From Yuukianura sp. NJ FZ-2021 (lineage: Eukaryota), in assembly GCA_046563655.1 (NCBI GenBank), contig CM102290.1, positions 14,012,001-14,076,000 of the forward strand: a stretch of DNA of 64,000 nucleotides, in the 5' to 3' direction. Made by a program: the position numbers and the translations under genes. Shown one piece after another: positions 37,396 to 49,900 of this stretch. Numbering within the stretch: the first letter of the stretch is position 1; every line of letters starts with the position of its first letter. A model generated the notes under the pieces. The model searched no databases. It was not told the DNA's origin and was given only the letters and a program-made list of their open reading frames with translations.

Positions 37396-38725
37396 TTTGT
37401 CTCAACCAGGTTCTTTTAGTACCTAAACGAAAAAAAAAACAAGCATTATGACTCTTTCCATATTCTTCAATGTAAAGTATACTTCCAGCACAAAATAACA
37501 TGTTTCTTCCTTACTCCAACAATGAAGTGTCCAAAACTTGATGTCCAGTCAATCGGAACTGAGTGTACACTTGACCTCAAGTGGTGTGACCTTGACCTCT
37601 GACCTTGTTTTCCAAGAGTAACACTGGAAGCGTCTTTTCTGCTCCGCTGCTTCTCTGCCTCTGACTGGACGAAGGCTCATCTTCCAGGAAAACTGAACTG
37701 GCATCAGTCACAAAATATCAGGATTTTACATTTTGCAAAAACTCAGAATTTTGATAAAAACGAGTAACCTCGCGAATCACAAGATTTGCCAATTGATTTC
37801 ACATCTCCAGAGCATTTCATATCTTCCAATCCATTCACATTTCACATAACTTTTTGGAACGGAAAATTGAAAATTGTAAATTAAAATTCTTGTTCTCTTG
37901 ATTCACCCAGTCTTATAAACTCATGCATTGCTTAGTAACTAAACATGAAAAAATTACTTGTACGAGACGAAAAAACAGCAATGTAAAATTTTGAGATATG
38001 AGTCAAATCTTTTTAAATAATTTGAAATTACAAAATAACTCATAATTCCTTTTGATGCTAAAAGAGTTAGTCAATTTTTATTTATCTTTTTGAACTGGAC
38101 GTTGAGTCCAGAGGTCATTGAGCGCGAAACAGAAATTACTTGAGCAAACGAGCTCTACACTTTACGTCACTTTCTAAAATGTCAAAATTTGGAAGCTAGA
38201 TTTGTTTCAATTTTTTTAAATACTCAACACTACAAATTGCGACACAAAAACAGAAATTTGAGGCAATAGAAATTGAGAATTTGTAAATTATTCAAAGTGT
38301 TGGAAATAATGTGAAACCACGAAGCAACACATAAATTGTTTGTACTGATGATATTGCACTTTTATTTAAATTTTGAACTGGATTTGGCGTGTAGAGGTCA
38401 ATGACCTCAAAACAGAAACTAATTGAGAATAGCTAAGTGATGCATGTCAGAGGACTAAAACTACTAAATTCAATTATTCCTAAAACAATATTAACTAAAC
38501 AACAAAAACTACTGAAAATGAAGCAGAAAAACTGAGGGGAAAACCAATTTTGCTATAGTTCAGGAGTGCAGCGGTTGGAATCACATAACTGATAAGTTGT
38601 TACTAACAATTCAACCAACCAACAATTAATATTTGACAAAACTAACAAAGTTATTTAAGTTATGAAACTTTAGCTCCTGGATTAACTAATCAAATGGGGT
38701 GATTTGTTTGAACACAAGTTTTAAC

Positions 38726-39439
38726 CTATGCGTCGACGCAACATTCTGGCTGGTGACGCAACAAATTGCGTTTGTATCTGAACTCTGCCTGGCAACTGCC
38801 ACAACTAAACGGCTTCTCATTCACATGGATTCGATGGTGGTAGGTCAAAGTATGCCTATGTGCAAATGTTTTGTCACAGAACTTACATTCAAATAGTTTC
38901 TCATGTGTATGCTTTCGCATGTGGGTGTCAAGATGTTGTTTCTTTATGGCTGCATAAGTGCAGATATTGCACTGGTATCTCTTGTCTCCTGCGTGGATTC
39001 TGAGATGCATCTTCAGATCGCCTTCCTGTGTGAATCTCTTGTGGCACTCCGTACATTGGAAACGACGTTCCTTTGTGTGTGTCGCAACATGGTTGTCCAA
39101 CTTCATTTGGGATTGGGCAGCATAGTTGCAGGTTGTGCATTTGAATTTGCTTACTTTTGTGTGCATGATGAGATGTTTCTTGAGTTGTGAGTTTGATTTG
39201 AATTTGTTTAGGCAGTAACTGCATTCCAACAATCCCTCGTACGTGTGACCTTTCATGTGAATTGTGAGTTGACCTTTCTGGTTGAATGTTTTTGTGCATC
39301 TGGAGCAACTAAATGGCCGAACTTCCAAATGAACTACGGAATGCTGGCGTAGAGTTTGTGCAGTTTTGAAGTGCTTGTGACATTGATCGCATTCGTATTT
39401 GTTTCCAGTTCCAGTGACCTCTGACCTCTTGTCAGCCAT
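38726..39439 (-). CDS. C2H2 zinc-finger paralog ZF-D (8 fingers)
   Basis: 237-aa ORF lacking fingers 2, 8, 9 and 10 of ZF-A (349-237 = 4 x 28 aa). Leader and terminal C2HC finger are retained. Confidence 0.9.
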   Translation of the reverse strand: MADKRSEVTGTGNKYECDQCHKHFKTAQTLRQHSVVHLEVRPFSCSRCTKTFNQKGQLTIHMKGHTYEGLLECSYCLNKFKSNSQLKKHLIMHTKVSKFKCTTCNYAAQSQMKLDNHVATHTKERRFQCTECHKRFTQEGDLKMHLRIHAGDKRYQCNICTYAAIKKQHLDTHMRKHTHEKLFECKFCDKTFAHRHTLTYHHRIHVNEKPFSCGSCQAEFRYKRNLLRHQPECCVDA

Positions 39440-40921
39440 GTTGTCTCAACTAGGTTCTTTTAGTACCTACACAAAAAAAAAGACAACGTTTTGAGTCTCT
39501 TTTTTTCGCATTTTTCGTAGTACACTTCCAGTTTACAAAGTGGTTCGTGTTTTGCTTACCGATTTGGTGACTCCAAGGATGAAGTGTCCAAAGCTCAGCT
39601 GATGTGCAGTCAATCGGAGCTAAATGTACACTTGACCTCTTGGGTGACCTTGACGTCTGACCTTGTCTTCCGAGAGTAACACTACGTAAGCGTCCTTCCC
39701 ACTCTGATGCTTCTCTGTCTCTGGCTGGACGAAGACTCCTCTTCCTCCAAAACTGCCATGGTCTCATGCATTCCTCACAAGAATGTCATACAAAAAGAGC
39801 ATGGTATAACAATTTTCATAAAAACGTATGCCGCGCGAACATAAGTTGCAAAAAGGAGCTTAAACTGAACGGACGGACGACTGACAACTCATATCTCACA
39901 TGAATTTACATCAAACTTTACTTTTCGCATAAAAAAACTGAAAATGTAAGAAGCAAGGATTTTTTTTTTGGATTTGAATTTACCAGTAATTCAGTTTGCA
40001 GTTTGCACAAGTTTAAAGTCAATTATGAAATTAATTCACATTTGAATTAGTTTTCTGCAGTACCAAAATACTAGGAGCATTTTGCAAGTGCTGAAATGCA
40101 ACTGTTTTATTGGATGACCTTTGAACTACAAAGGTCAACTTTTTATTGGAAGTAGGTTGAGGACGGAAGTGATTTGCTTAAACTCATCAATTTGTTTGCG
40201 GAGGTCAAAGGTCAGCACAGATCCTTCGCTCCATGAAAATCAAGTCACAACAAATATTTCCAAAAAATACAAAAGACTTTGTACCAAAAATTATTAAATT
40301 ACTTTCAAAATTTAGATTAAGCAACAATTAACTTAATTTTCAAAAACTTTATGATTCAATGTACCACCATCGTTTAAGTATGATTGAAACCTAATTTTTT
40401 TTTTGGCACGCAGACACTTAAAGACAACAGTGTTACAAAAGTTAATTAAACTAATAAATTACTATCAATTACATATAATTATATATAAATCATTATATAA
40501 TTAATTAATAATTAAACAACAGTACAGTAAGTAGTAAGGAACAGTCTGGAGTTTGACACGTTTTTAGACAAAGTTGATGGCAATAATTTACACGTTTGAT
40601 GCAAAAGTTTCTACATTGACCAAAATCTAAACATAATTAAGCTTAGCCTAACTAGCCTAATTTGTTAACCTAACGCAAAACGAATCAACTAACCTAATTT
40701 TAACTAACCTAACTATATTTTATCCTAACCTTACTGAACTATAACAATGGAATTGAGCTGGTAACAAAAAGCTTGTTTCGGAGTAAATCAACTTTTTGAA
40801 CATTTTGATTGCGAATTAAACATTGGTCACAATAATTTACACATCAAACTAATTCTTGCTTCTAATTACTTGAATTACTTCTTACTTGAATTACTTGTAA
40901 TTACATTTAAATTAACATATT

Positions 40922-43900
40922 TTAAACGTATTCTTCACTTGGACGACTATTGGCATTGGTATATCTCGTTCCACCGCCACGATTTGCGGAACTTCCCAAG
41001 TTATTTGAACCGTTTCCGCCGGAATGAGCCGGAATCGGTGGATTTCCGGTAGAAGCCGAAGAAGATTCGGCTCCTTCCGGAATATTATTAAAAACGTTAA
41101 CATTAGCATTGTAGTTAGGGTGATTCCAACCGTTCAAGTAGTTCCAACTGTCTGTAGAGTAGGGTTCGCCACCTCCCCGGTTCAACGAACCCTTCCGGAA
41201 TCCTCCGACATAAGCCAAATCGTCATCCGAAGCCACCAGAGTCGACAAAGATCCGCGAAACGACTCACGTTCGGCTCCCGTACCGCCGTTACCGTTTTGA
41301 GGCTGCTCTTTCTGGGCAGTTGAGTAAGGGTGACCCCTCTTCCGCTCAAATTCAAATTCGGAACAACTGAACGAATCGTTCCCGGACTTTTCGTCGTCAC
41401 TTGTTAAGGTTTGACCTCTGCGGGGGTCAAAGGTCATGGTTTGTCGAACTTTTCCGGTGATAAAGTCTCCTGGACTGCTCTTCTCATCTGTTTCGGTACT
41501 CGAACCGACATCTAAAGTACTGATGAGACTGGAATTGTTTTGTCTAGAAATGTTGAGTCGATCGATCTCCTCTGCCGTGAGTCCACCCAGTGAAGTATTG
41601 GAATTGTTTCGTTCTTCGGACCGTGTGCACTTGCGACGTTTTTTCTTCTGCTGCTGCGCAGATCTATTGAGCATACAGCTCCTGCCGGAACTTTGACTCC
41701 TTTCACTCTGACTAATCACTTCCTTTTTTTGAAGTAGTGCATTCTGGTATGGTTTGCCACTGATGTCCTTAAGTGTGAGGATCCTTGGACCGGTTGGATG
41801 AGACATTTCGCTGCTTGGGCTAAGTCTAGCCAATGGAGTGGATTTTAGCCCAGTGGACAGAGCGTTTGGTCTCATCAACTCAGGACTCCGGTTCGAGACC
41901 CCGAAGGGGTGATGAGAGTGGGCTCCAAAAGGAGGAGATTTTCCTCTACTCTTGTTATCTCTATACCCTTTGTAGTGATAAACAATGTCTATATCTGATG
42001 GGGCAATGGAACTGGCATTTTCAAGGTCGTAGTGCTCCGGTAAATCGGAAATGTCGGGTTCCATGGATACCGAGTTGAAACCGCCGCGGAGTACCGGACT
42101 TGGGATACCGTGAGCGGAGAGGGCATTTCGCTCAATGATGTCTGGCGTTTGGTAGCCCTGGTCAGTACTTGCTCTTTTCTTGAGGTTGCGCAGTACACTT
42201 TCTTGGACGGTATCTGGATGACCTTTGACCTTTTGCCGAACCATTTCGTTCGGTTGAGAGTTGGAACTGCCGGAGCGTTTTCCGGTACCGATACCGGGAC
42301 TGGCTAGAGAAGGTGAACTGCCTTTTTCGGATTTCCGGAGTCGGAACACGACGAAACTGACGAGAATTGCTACAAGCAAAACGGTAAAGAAGATGATGAC
42401 GAGTGTAACACCGATACTGAGCGGATCGGGGCTGGATGAAGACCGAAGAGCACTGCTGCAACCGAACTCGATACCGTGAGATCGGTTCATGCCGAGCAGT
42501 CCGCCGGAACTGTTCAACGGTATTAAGTTGTCATTGATGATGAAGTTGGACAGACATCCGTCAAAACCTGGGGAAAAAAGAGAGTAACTTTGTACTTCGA
42601 AATTTTTTAACACAAAGGCAAAAACTTTTTTTTTAAAAAGAGAACTTTTTGAAACTTACTTGGGAGTTTTTGGAGAAACGGAAAGTTGTGCGTCGATTCT
42701 ACTCCACCTAGCGACATTCGTGTGAGGTACGGATCCAAGAAATTGTGGGCCGAAGCACTGTTGAGCTCGTCAGCCCACTGTTGTCCATCCACGTAGACGT
42801 GAAGTACTTGATCACGGCGCTCAATTCTCACGGTGTGCCAACTTCCATCAGTCAAGGTCACCGAGGTCAACTTTTCCATTGTCACGTTTATGGCATAAGT
42901 CCTGTCCAGTTTTGTACTAAAGGTCAACAGACCATCTTGTAACTGAAACAAGTTTCAAAAAATTCACAAATCGGAAAAATTCAACATTTTTCAAAGTTTC
43001 GTAAAACTTTTTCTACACCAGGTTGTACAATAACTCCAAGTTTTAAAATTTCTATTAAAGTAGGAAACCTGCCCTTTCCATGGTAATTTTTTGCATGTAA
43101 TCTAAATGGGATTGGTACTAAAAGTTGTTTGGAGCAAGATTTTTTGAAAATCCTGAGTTATTGGACAACCTGTCGTAGGAAATACAATTCGGTTGTCAAG
43201 GAACCTTGTTTCTTACGTGTAGAACAGTATAGTCGGTGTTAGTTGCAGCAAAGAAAAGTAGTCCATGAGGTTGTATTGTGCGGAAGTCAAGTGACACAAA
43301 GTCACTGACAGCCAGTCGCTTGTCGTCGTCATATTTTTGACGAAATGCTGCCAGTAGTTGACCTCGTTTAAATTTTTGTGAAATTTCAAATTCGAAAAAC
43401 CCGCCTTCACGGACAGTGTAAGCAGCCAGGGCAAGGTCACAGTTGGGTGACACAAAGTTGGTATTGACACATCTACAAGCGTGGGAATCATAAAGGTCAA
43501 TGCACTCTCCATCTAATCCGCAGCCATGTCGTTCCGGATTGGTGCAAATCGCTGCGTCGCGGTGACACTGATCGCTGATTCCACGTGATCTGATTGGTCC
43601 AGAGACGTTGAGGCCCCGCCCATTCACTTCCAAGCTCTGAATGCAACCAATGAAATCGTCCGTTTGGATTTGGCCAGGACGTTCCAGAAGTGGCGTCACG
43701 GTGTCCAGTCCACCAATGTATACTGGATTTCCATTGAAGGTCAATGACCTATCAAAAAAGTTCAAATTTTGAAAAAATTTTCAAATTTTTTTTTTATGTT
43801 TGAAATTTTGAACGTACCCGGTATGTCCAACATCATTGCCATAACATGAGGTGTCGCCAGTTGGGCACTCTGTGCAATATTCTCCGTCGTCTTGACAATC

Positions 43901-46900
43901 CGAAACACTCAACGAAATTACTTTACCGTTTCGTATCGCCAGGATCCGATACCACTTTCCGTCGGTAACAACTTTTCTTAGTGTGATGCTGCCAACAGCA
44001 GTTCTTGACCCGCCGAAAGCAAATCTCACGTGACCTTTGACCAGTTCCAGCACAATAAAGTCCGATCGGCCACCAACTTCCGCTCCAAAGTTATACAGAA
44101 GCAGAGCATTGTTCTGATTGGTTGAAAATACAATTGAGATGTCATTGGTGTTGGGGTCAAGCGGGTCAAAGGTCATGAACGACCCCTCAGAAAATCCAAT
44201 GCTGCTGGTTTCACAGTACTTTCCAAAAAACATGTTTCGACATCGACATCGTACCGAGTTGGATACCGTACCGTCATTTCCGACCAAACACTCCCCGCCA
44301 TTCCGGCACGGATTTGGAACGCACGGATTGGCTCCTGAGACGGAACAGTTTTTACCAAGAAAATTTGGACGGCATAGACAAAAGTATGAAACGGTTTCAC
44401 GGTCGTCGTAGTTCGGATGACACGTTCCGCCGTTCCGGCACGGTCTGGCGTCGCAGGGATTGACTTGCTCAAATTCACAGCGTTTCCCAGTTCGATTCCC
44501 GGGACAGGCACATTCAAAATCGTGCCCAATTTTAGTACAAAGTTCGTTTCCGGAACAAGGGTTCGGGTTACACGGATCTCGTCGGTACTCGCACGTTGGT
44601 CCTTCAAAATCTCCGGTACATGTACACAACACTCCGATTTCTAGTGCCGGTACCGACAGAATTGTCGTTTCCGTTTCGGTAATTGACCGGTTCGGAAGTA
44701 TTTTGATGGCAGAGGAACAAGAATTGGCGCCATTTTGGCACGGACTGTCTGAACATGCAGAGTAGTCGACCAATACCGGATGTTGTACCGTTTCTTCCAG
44801 TGTCGAGCGTTGACCAATCAGCGTCGAGATTACATTTTTTCGGAATTCTTTCGTTGGACCTAAAATGAGATCGGATCCATTCGGATTTTGAACAATTCCG
44901 AAAATTTGTACTTCTTCGGTAAATACTTTGTTGAAAAAAGTTTGTAGTTTTTGAAAATGAAGCAGAAGCTGAGCAGGATTGATTCCGTCGATACGTAGAA
45001 CAACTGCGTAGTCTAAACTTGCGTTGTCGTAGGACCCGTAATGAATGTTTGTCATTGACGTTACTTCTTTGTGTCTTCCGTCATGCGCGATGGTCGTCAG
45101 GGTCTGCATTTTAGTCACTGGAATTTTGTCCATGAAGAGTTTGCAGTCACCGCTGACGGAAAAATCGGTCTGCGCAGGCGCAGATCCGTCACGTCGACAT
45201 TTGTAGTTTCCAGTGCTGTCAGGATCAAGAGGATACAAAGTTGCGACTTCTTCTTTTGGCAGTTGACCTTTGACATTTAAGATCAAGAGGTCACTGACCC
45301 TGCGTTGAGAGGGGTTATCGTTAACATCTTCAACAGAAATGGTCACTTCTTCTACGGTTTTGAGCGGAGGAACCCCGTTGTCTGTAATTTCAACTTCAAT
45401 TTTGAATTCTGGAGTCTTTTCGCGGTCAAACGAGGTGAGAGAGGTCACGACTCCTGTTTTCGGGTCAACTTTGACTTTTGGAGGTGAGGAGGATTGGATG
45501 AGTCGGAATGTGAATGGACCAGTGTTTGGCGGGAGGTCGAGGTCAGTGACCTCCAAGGTCATGACCTTGGTTCCGATTGGCTCGTTCTCCAAAATACTCC
45601 CTCTAGTGGATCCTTCTCTCAGTGTTGGCGGGTTGTCATTATCATCTAGGAAATTAAAAAAAATCATTGTGGAAAGTTAGCACAATATCACATACTAATG
45701 ACAAGTCATTTCCAAGGTTGGTTAGTGAGGTACAAATTTTTAGCGGAATCAATTTTTGAAACGAAAAATTGTTTTTTGTGATATTTTTGTGACTAATGAA
45801 AGAACTACATGACAATTTTCTTAATTCATTCTTAATTAATTGCATGATAACCCTAAAACCTTGTGCAAATCGAATACTGCCAATTCAAAACCAAAAAAAA
45901 AATTCTTTTTCTTAAATTATTAGCTTTTTTTTTACGAAAAGTATGTTTGATGTAAATTCATGTGAGATAAGAGTCTCAGGCTAAAATCTTGTTTGCAAAT
46001 TTTGTGATTTGCGAGGTATAAGTTTCTAGCAAAATTCTTAGCGTTTGGAAAATGTAAAATATTGTTGTTCTGTGATATTTTTGAGAAGCCATGATAGTTT
46101 TCTTGGAAGGAAGAAGAGCCTTCGTGCAGTCAGAGGCAGAGAAGCATCAGAGCGGGTAAGACTCTTCGATTGTTGCTCTCGTAAGACAAGGTCAGAGGTC
46201 AAGGTCACATTTAGCTTCGATTGAGTGCACCTCAGCTCAGCTTTGGACATTCCAGCATTGGAGTCAGCACATTGGTAAGGAAAACACGAAACACTTTGCG
46301 CTGGAAGTGTAATCTCTTCAAAAAATTCGGAAAACAGACAACAAAACTTGTACTTGTTTTATGATGTTTTAGTCTTGAAAGAATCTGGCTGAGACAATGG
46401 AAGGTCAAAGGTCAGAGGTCACTGGAACTGGAAACAAGTACGAATGTGACCAATGCCACAAAAAGTTCAAAACTTCCAAGACTCTGTCCATCCACTTTGC
46501 TGTTCATTCTGACGTTCGACCGTTTGGTTGCTCCGAATGCACCAAACGATTCAAATGCAATCACCATTTGAAGAGACACATCGCTTTGCACACAGGGGAA
46601 AGACCATTCCAATGCACAAGATGCACAAAAACATTCATCCAGAAAAGTGATCTTACACGGCACATGAAAGGTCACACTTACGAGGGATTGGTTGAATGCA
46701 GCCACTGCAAAGACAAATTCAAATCAAATGCAGAACTCAAGAGTCACCTCATCATACACACAAAAGTAAGCAAATTCACATGCACAATCTGCAACTATGC
46801 TGCACAGTCACAGAGGAGGTTGGACGACCATGTTGCGACACACACCAATGAACGTCGTTTCCAATGCACGGAGTGCCACAAGAGATTCACAACAGAGAGC

Positions 46901-49900
46901 AATCTGAAGATGCATCTGAGAATCCATGCAGGAGACAAGCGATTCCAGTGCAACTTCTGCACTTATGCAGCCATAGAGAAGAATACACTGGACATCCACA
47001 CGCGACAACACACACGTGAGAGGCCATTTGTATGTGTGTTGTGCACAGCCACATTCAAGTCACACAGTGCTTTGAAGTACCACGTTAGGACCCACACTGG
47101 TGATAAACCACACCGATGCAAGGAATGTGGCAAGGAATTCAGCAGTTCCACTATTTTGAAGAATCATGTGAAGATGCATGCGGGAGTAAAGGAGTTCGAG
47201 TGCACAGTGTGCCACAAGAAGTTCACACATGAATGGAACCTCACTGTTCATGCGCGTGTCCATTCTGGAGAGAAGCCATTTGCATGTAAGTTCTGTGACA
47301 AAACATTTGCACAGAGGGGTAATTTGACCTCCCACCTTCGCATCCACTTGAATGAGAAGCTGTTTCGTTGTGGCAGTTGCGAGGCAGAGTTCAGATACAA
47401 ACGCAATTTTCTGCGTCATCGGGAAAAATGCTGCGTTGACGCATAAGTTACAATTTCTGTCCTATCAAATCACTTCATTCTGTTAGTTACTCCTATAACG
47501 CAGTAGTAATAAAGTTACATAAGCTGGCTTAATTTGTAACTTTAGCTTACCTAAGTTCTGTTAAGTCTCAATTCTGAAATATTAATTGTTCATTATGTGA
47601 TACCTTTCCCTTGCGGTGTATTCATGAAGAGTAGCACATAACTAACTCTATATTTCTGTTTCTGTTTCAATTTGATTAGTTAAATTGTTGTTTAGTTAAT
47701 GTTGTTGTAGGAATAATTGAATTTAGTAGTTTCAGTCCACTCACACTCACATCCATCATCAAGTATTCTCGTGCAATTTGTGCTAGAGGTCATTGACCTC
47801 TAGATTCCAAATCCACTTCAAAATGTAAATAAAAGTTCCGTATTGCATCATAACTAAATTACTTGTTTTGTGGTTTCACATTATTTCAAACACTTTTGAA
47901 TAAATTCCAAATTTTACATTTCTGCTTGCTCTCTGTTTTTATCTCGCAGTAATGTTTCAGATTTTGCTAAAATTACGAATTTTTGTGAAAGTGTAAAAAT
48001 TCTGTCTTTCTTTGATATTTTCGTGAGGCATGTATGACAGACATCATAACAGTTTCTTAGGGAATTTTTTTTTCTCTTCCTTGCACTATTTATGACGTTT
48101 CAAGCCATTTCCAATTTTTTTCCCGACTTTTTTTTTGGTGGGAAGGGACTCCCTTTGCACGCAGGGGGGAGGGGTACCTTGGTTAAAAATTGAAACGAGG
48201 ACGGCGCCAAAAGCATCTTGTATAAAAAGAATTTTTTAAGTATAAAAATTAATTTCAAAAAGTTAATTACCTTTGAGTGTAATGGCCACCGTCGTACGAC
48301 CGGTTTGCGGAGGGTCACCGAGGTCAACTGCCCCAACGACAAGATTGTAGCTTGACCTCATTTCACGGTCCAATCGCTTCACAGTCTCAATTTTCCCCAA
48401 ATCAGCGTCAATTCTAAAATTTCCATCAGCGTTTCCCTCCAAAATGGCATAGGAGAAGCGACTGTTGAGTTGACGCACGTCACTGTCTCTTGCCACAACC
48501 GTGATGACGTCAGCAAACGGTTTGATTCCTTCAGGAATTTCTACTGCGTAGAAATCTTTTTCAAACGTTGGCGGATCGTTTCCGTCTTGTACCGTTATGA
48601 TGATTTGAGCTTCGTCAATATCGTGGCCTCTGATTGGTCCAGAATTTTTTGCCACTACGGTGAGTATAACGCGAGCTTGAGATTCACGGTCCAGCCGCCT
48701 GTTGACAGTCACAGTACCGGTTTGACTGTTGATACCGAATCCACGGTCTAAACTGGATCCAAGAAACAAGTAGTTGACGACTCCGTCTGGACCGCTGTCC
48801 TCATCTGTAGCTTCTACTGTACCGACGACCGTACCAAGTCCAGCTGATTCCGAAACGACAAACTGAAAAACCGGTTGAACGAAACGCGGAACGAACTCGT
48901 TGACGCCTACAATTTTTACGGTAACATGCGTAGAACCGAACAAATTTGAATCCGGGTTAGCTGCGACAACTTCCAAGCTGTATTCACTTAGCTGTTCATA
49001 GTCAAAGGAACGTTTTGACGTTACATGACCCGTTGTAGCATTGACCTCAAATGACCCCTGACCTGTCCCACCTACAACGGCATAAGTAATCACTCCAAAC
49101 TTGGCAGAGTCCTTATCACTTGCTGTTAGTTTTAAAATTGACGTTCCCGCCTTTTCATTTTCTGGAACGTCAACAACATACGTCAGCTGATCAAAAACTG
49201 GAGGATTGTCGTTGTAATCCGTCAACAACACTGTCACTTCCACTTCACTTTGACGTCTATGGAACCCCTTGTCAGTTGCCGTGACAATCAGCTGATGTTC
49301 TCTCTGTGTCTCGTAGTCCAGCTGATTCTTAATTGCCAGTGCTCCACTTTTCGAATCAATTTCAAACAAGTTGGCGCCATTTCCAGCATTGAAGGCATAC
49401 ACCACTTCACCGTTGGGCCCACTGTCACTATCAACGGCCTTCAACGTCACGATAACGGTCCCTGTCACTTCATTTTCTGGAACAATCACGCGGTAACTCG
49501 AAGAGGTGAATACTGGCGAATGTTCGTTGGGCCCCGTCACGGTTACTTTTAGCCCCACTTTTGTCTCTAGTGACGGAATGCCCTTATCTGCTGCCCTGAC
49601 GATGACGTCATACTTGCGTGACCTTTGACCTGTCACGTTTTGTTTCAAGGTCAACCAGCCTGAGTCTTTGTCAATCGTCAACAGATCGGTTCCACTCACC
49701 AAGGAATACTCTATGACGGCATTGAATCCAACGTCTTCGTCATCTGTCGCAGTCATTTGAAATAGACGGTCGCCTACAACAGCTGATTCGAGTACCGAAA
49801 GTTCGTAGAGTGGCAGGGGAAACTTGGGCGGAGAATTATTTGCACCGACGATGTTAATTGTCACTGCAGCTTCAGATGATAACGGCGGATGGCCTCGATC

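Larger units (their letters stand above)
33745..39850 (-). repeat. Tandem triplication of an approximately 2.1-kb zinc-finger gene cassette
   Basis: Start codons are 2119 and 2044 bp apart. Shared 3' flanks at about 33745-34100, 35890-36330 and 38285-38590 (e.g. tagaggtcaatgac..caaaac, ggactaaaactactaaattcaattattccta) and shared 5' flanks. Confidence 0.9.
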
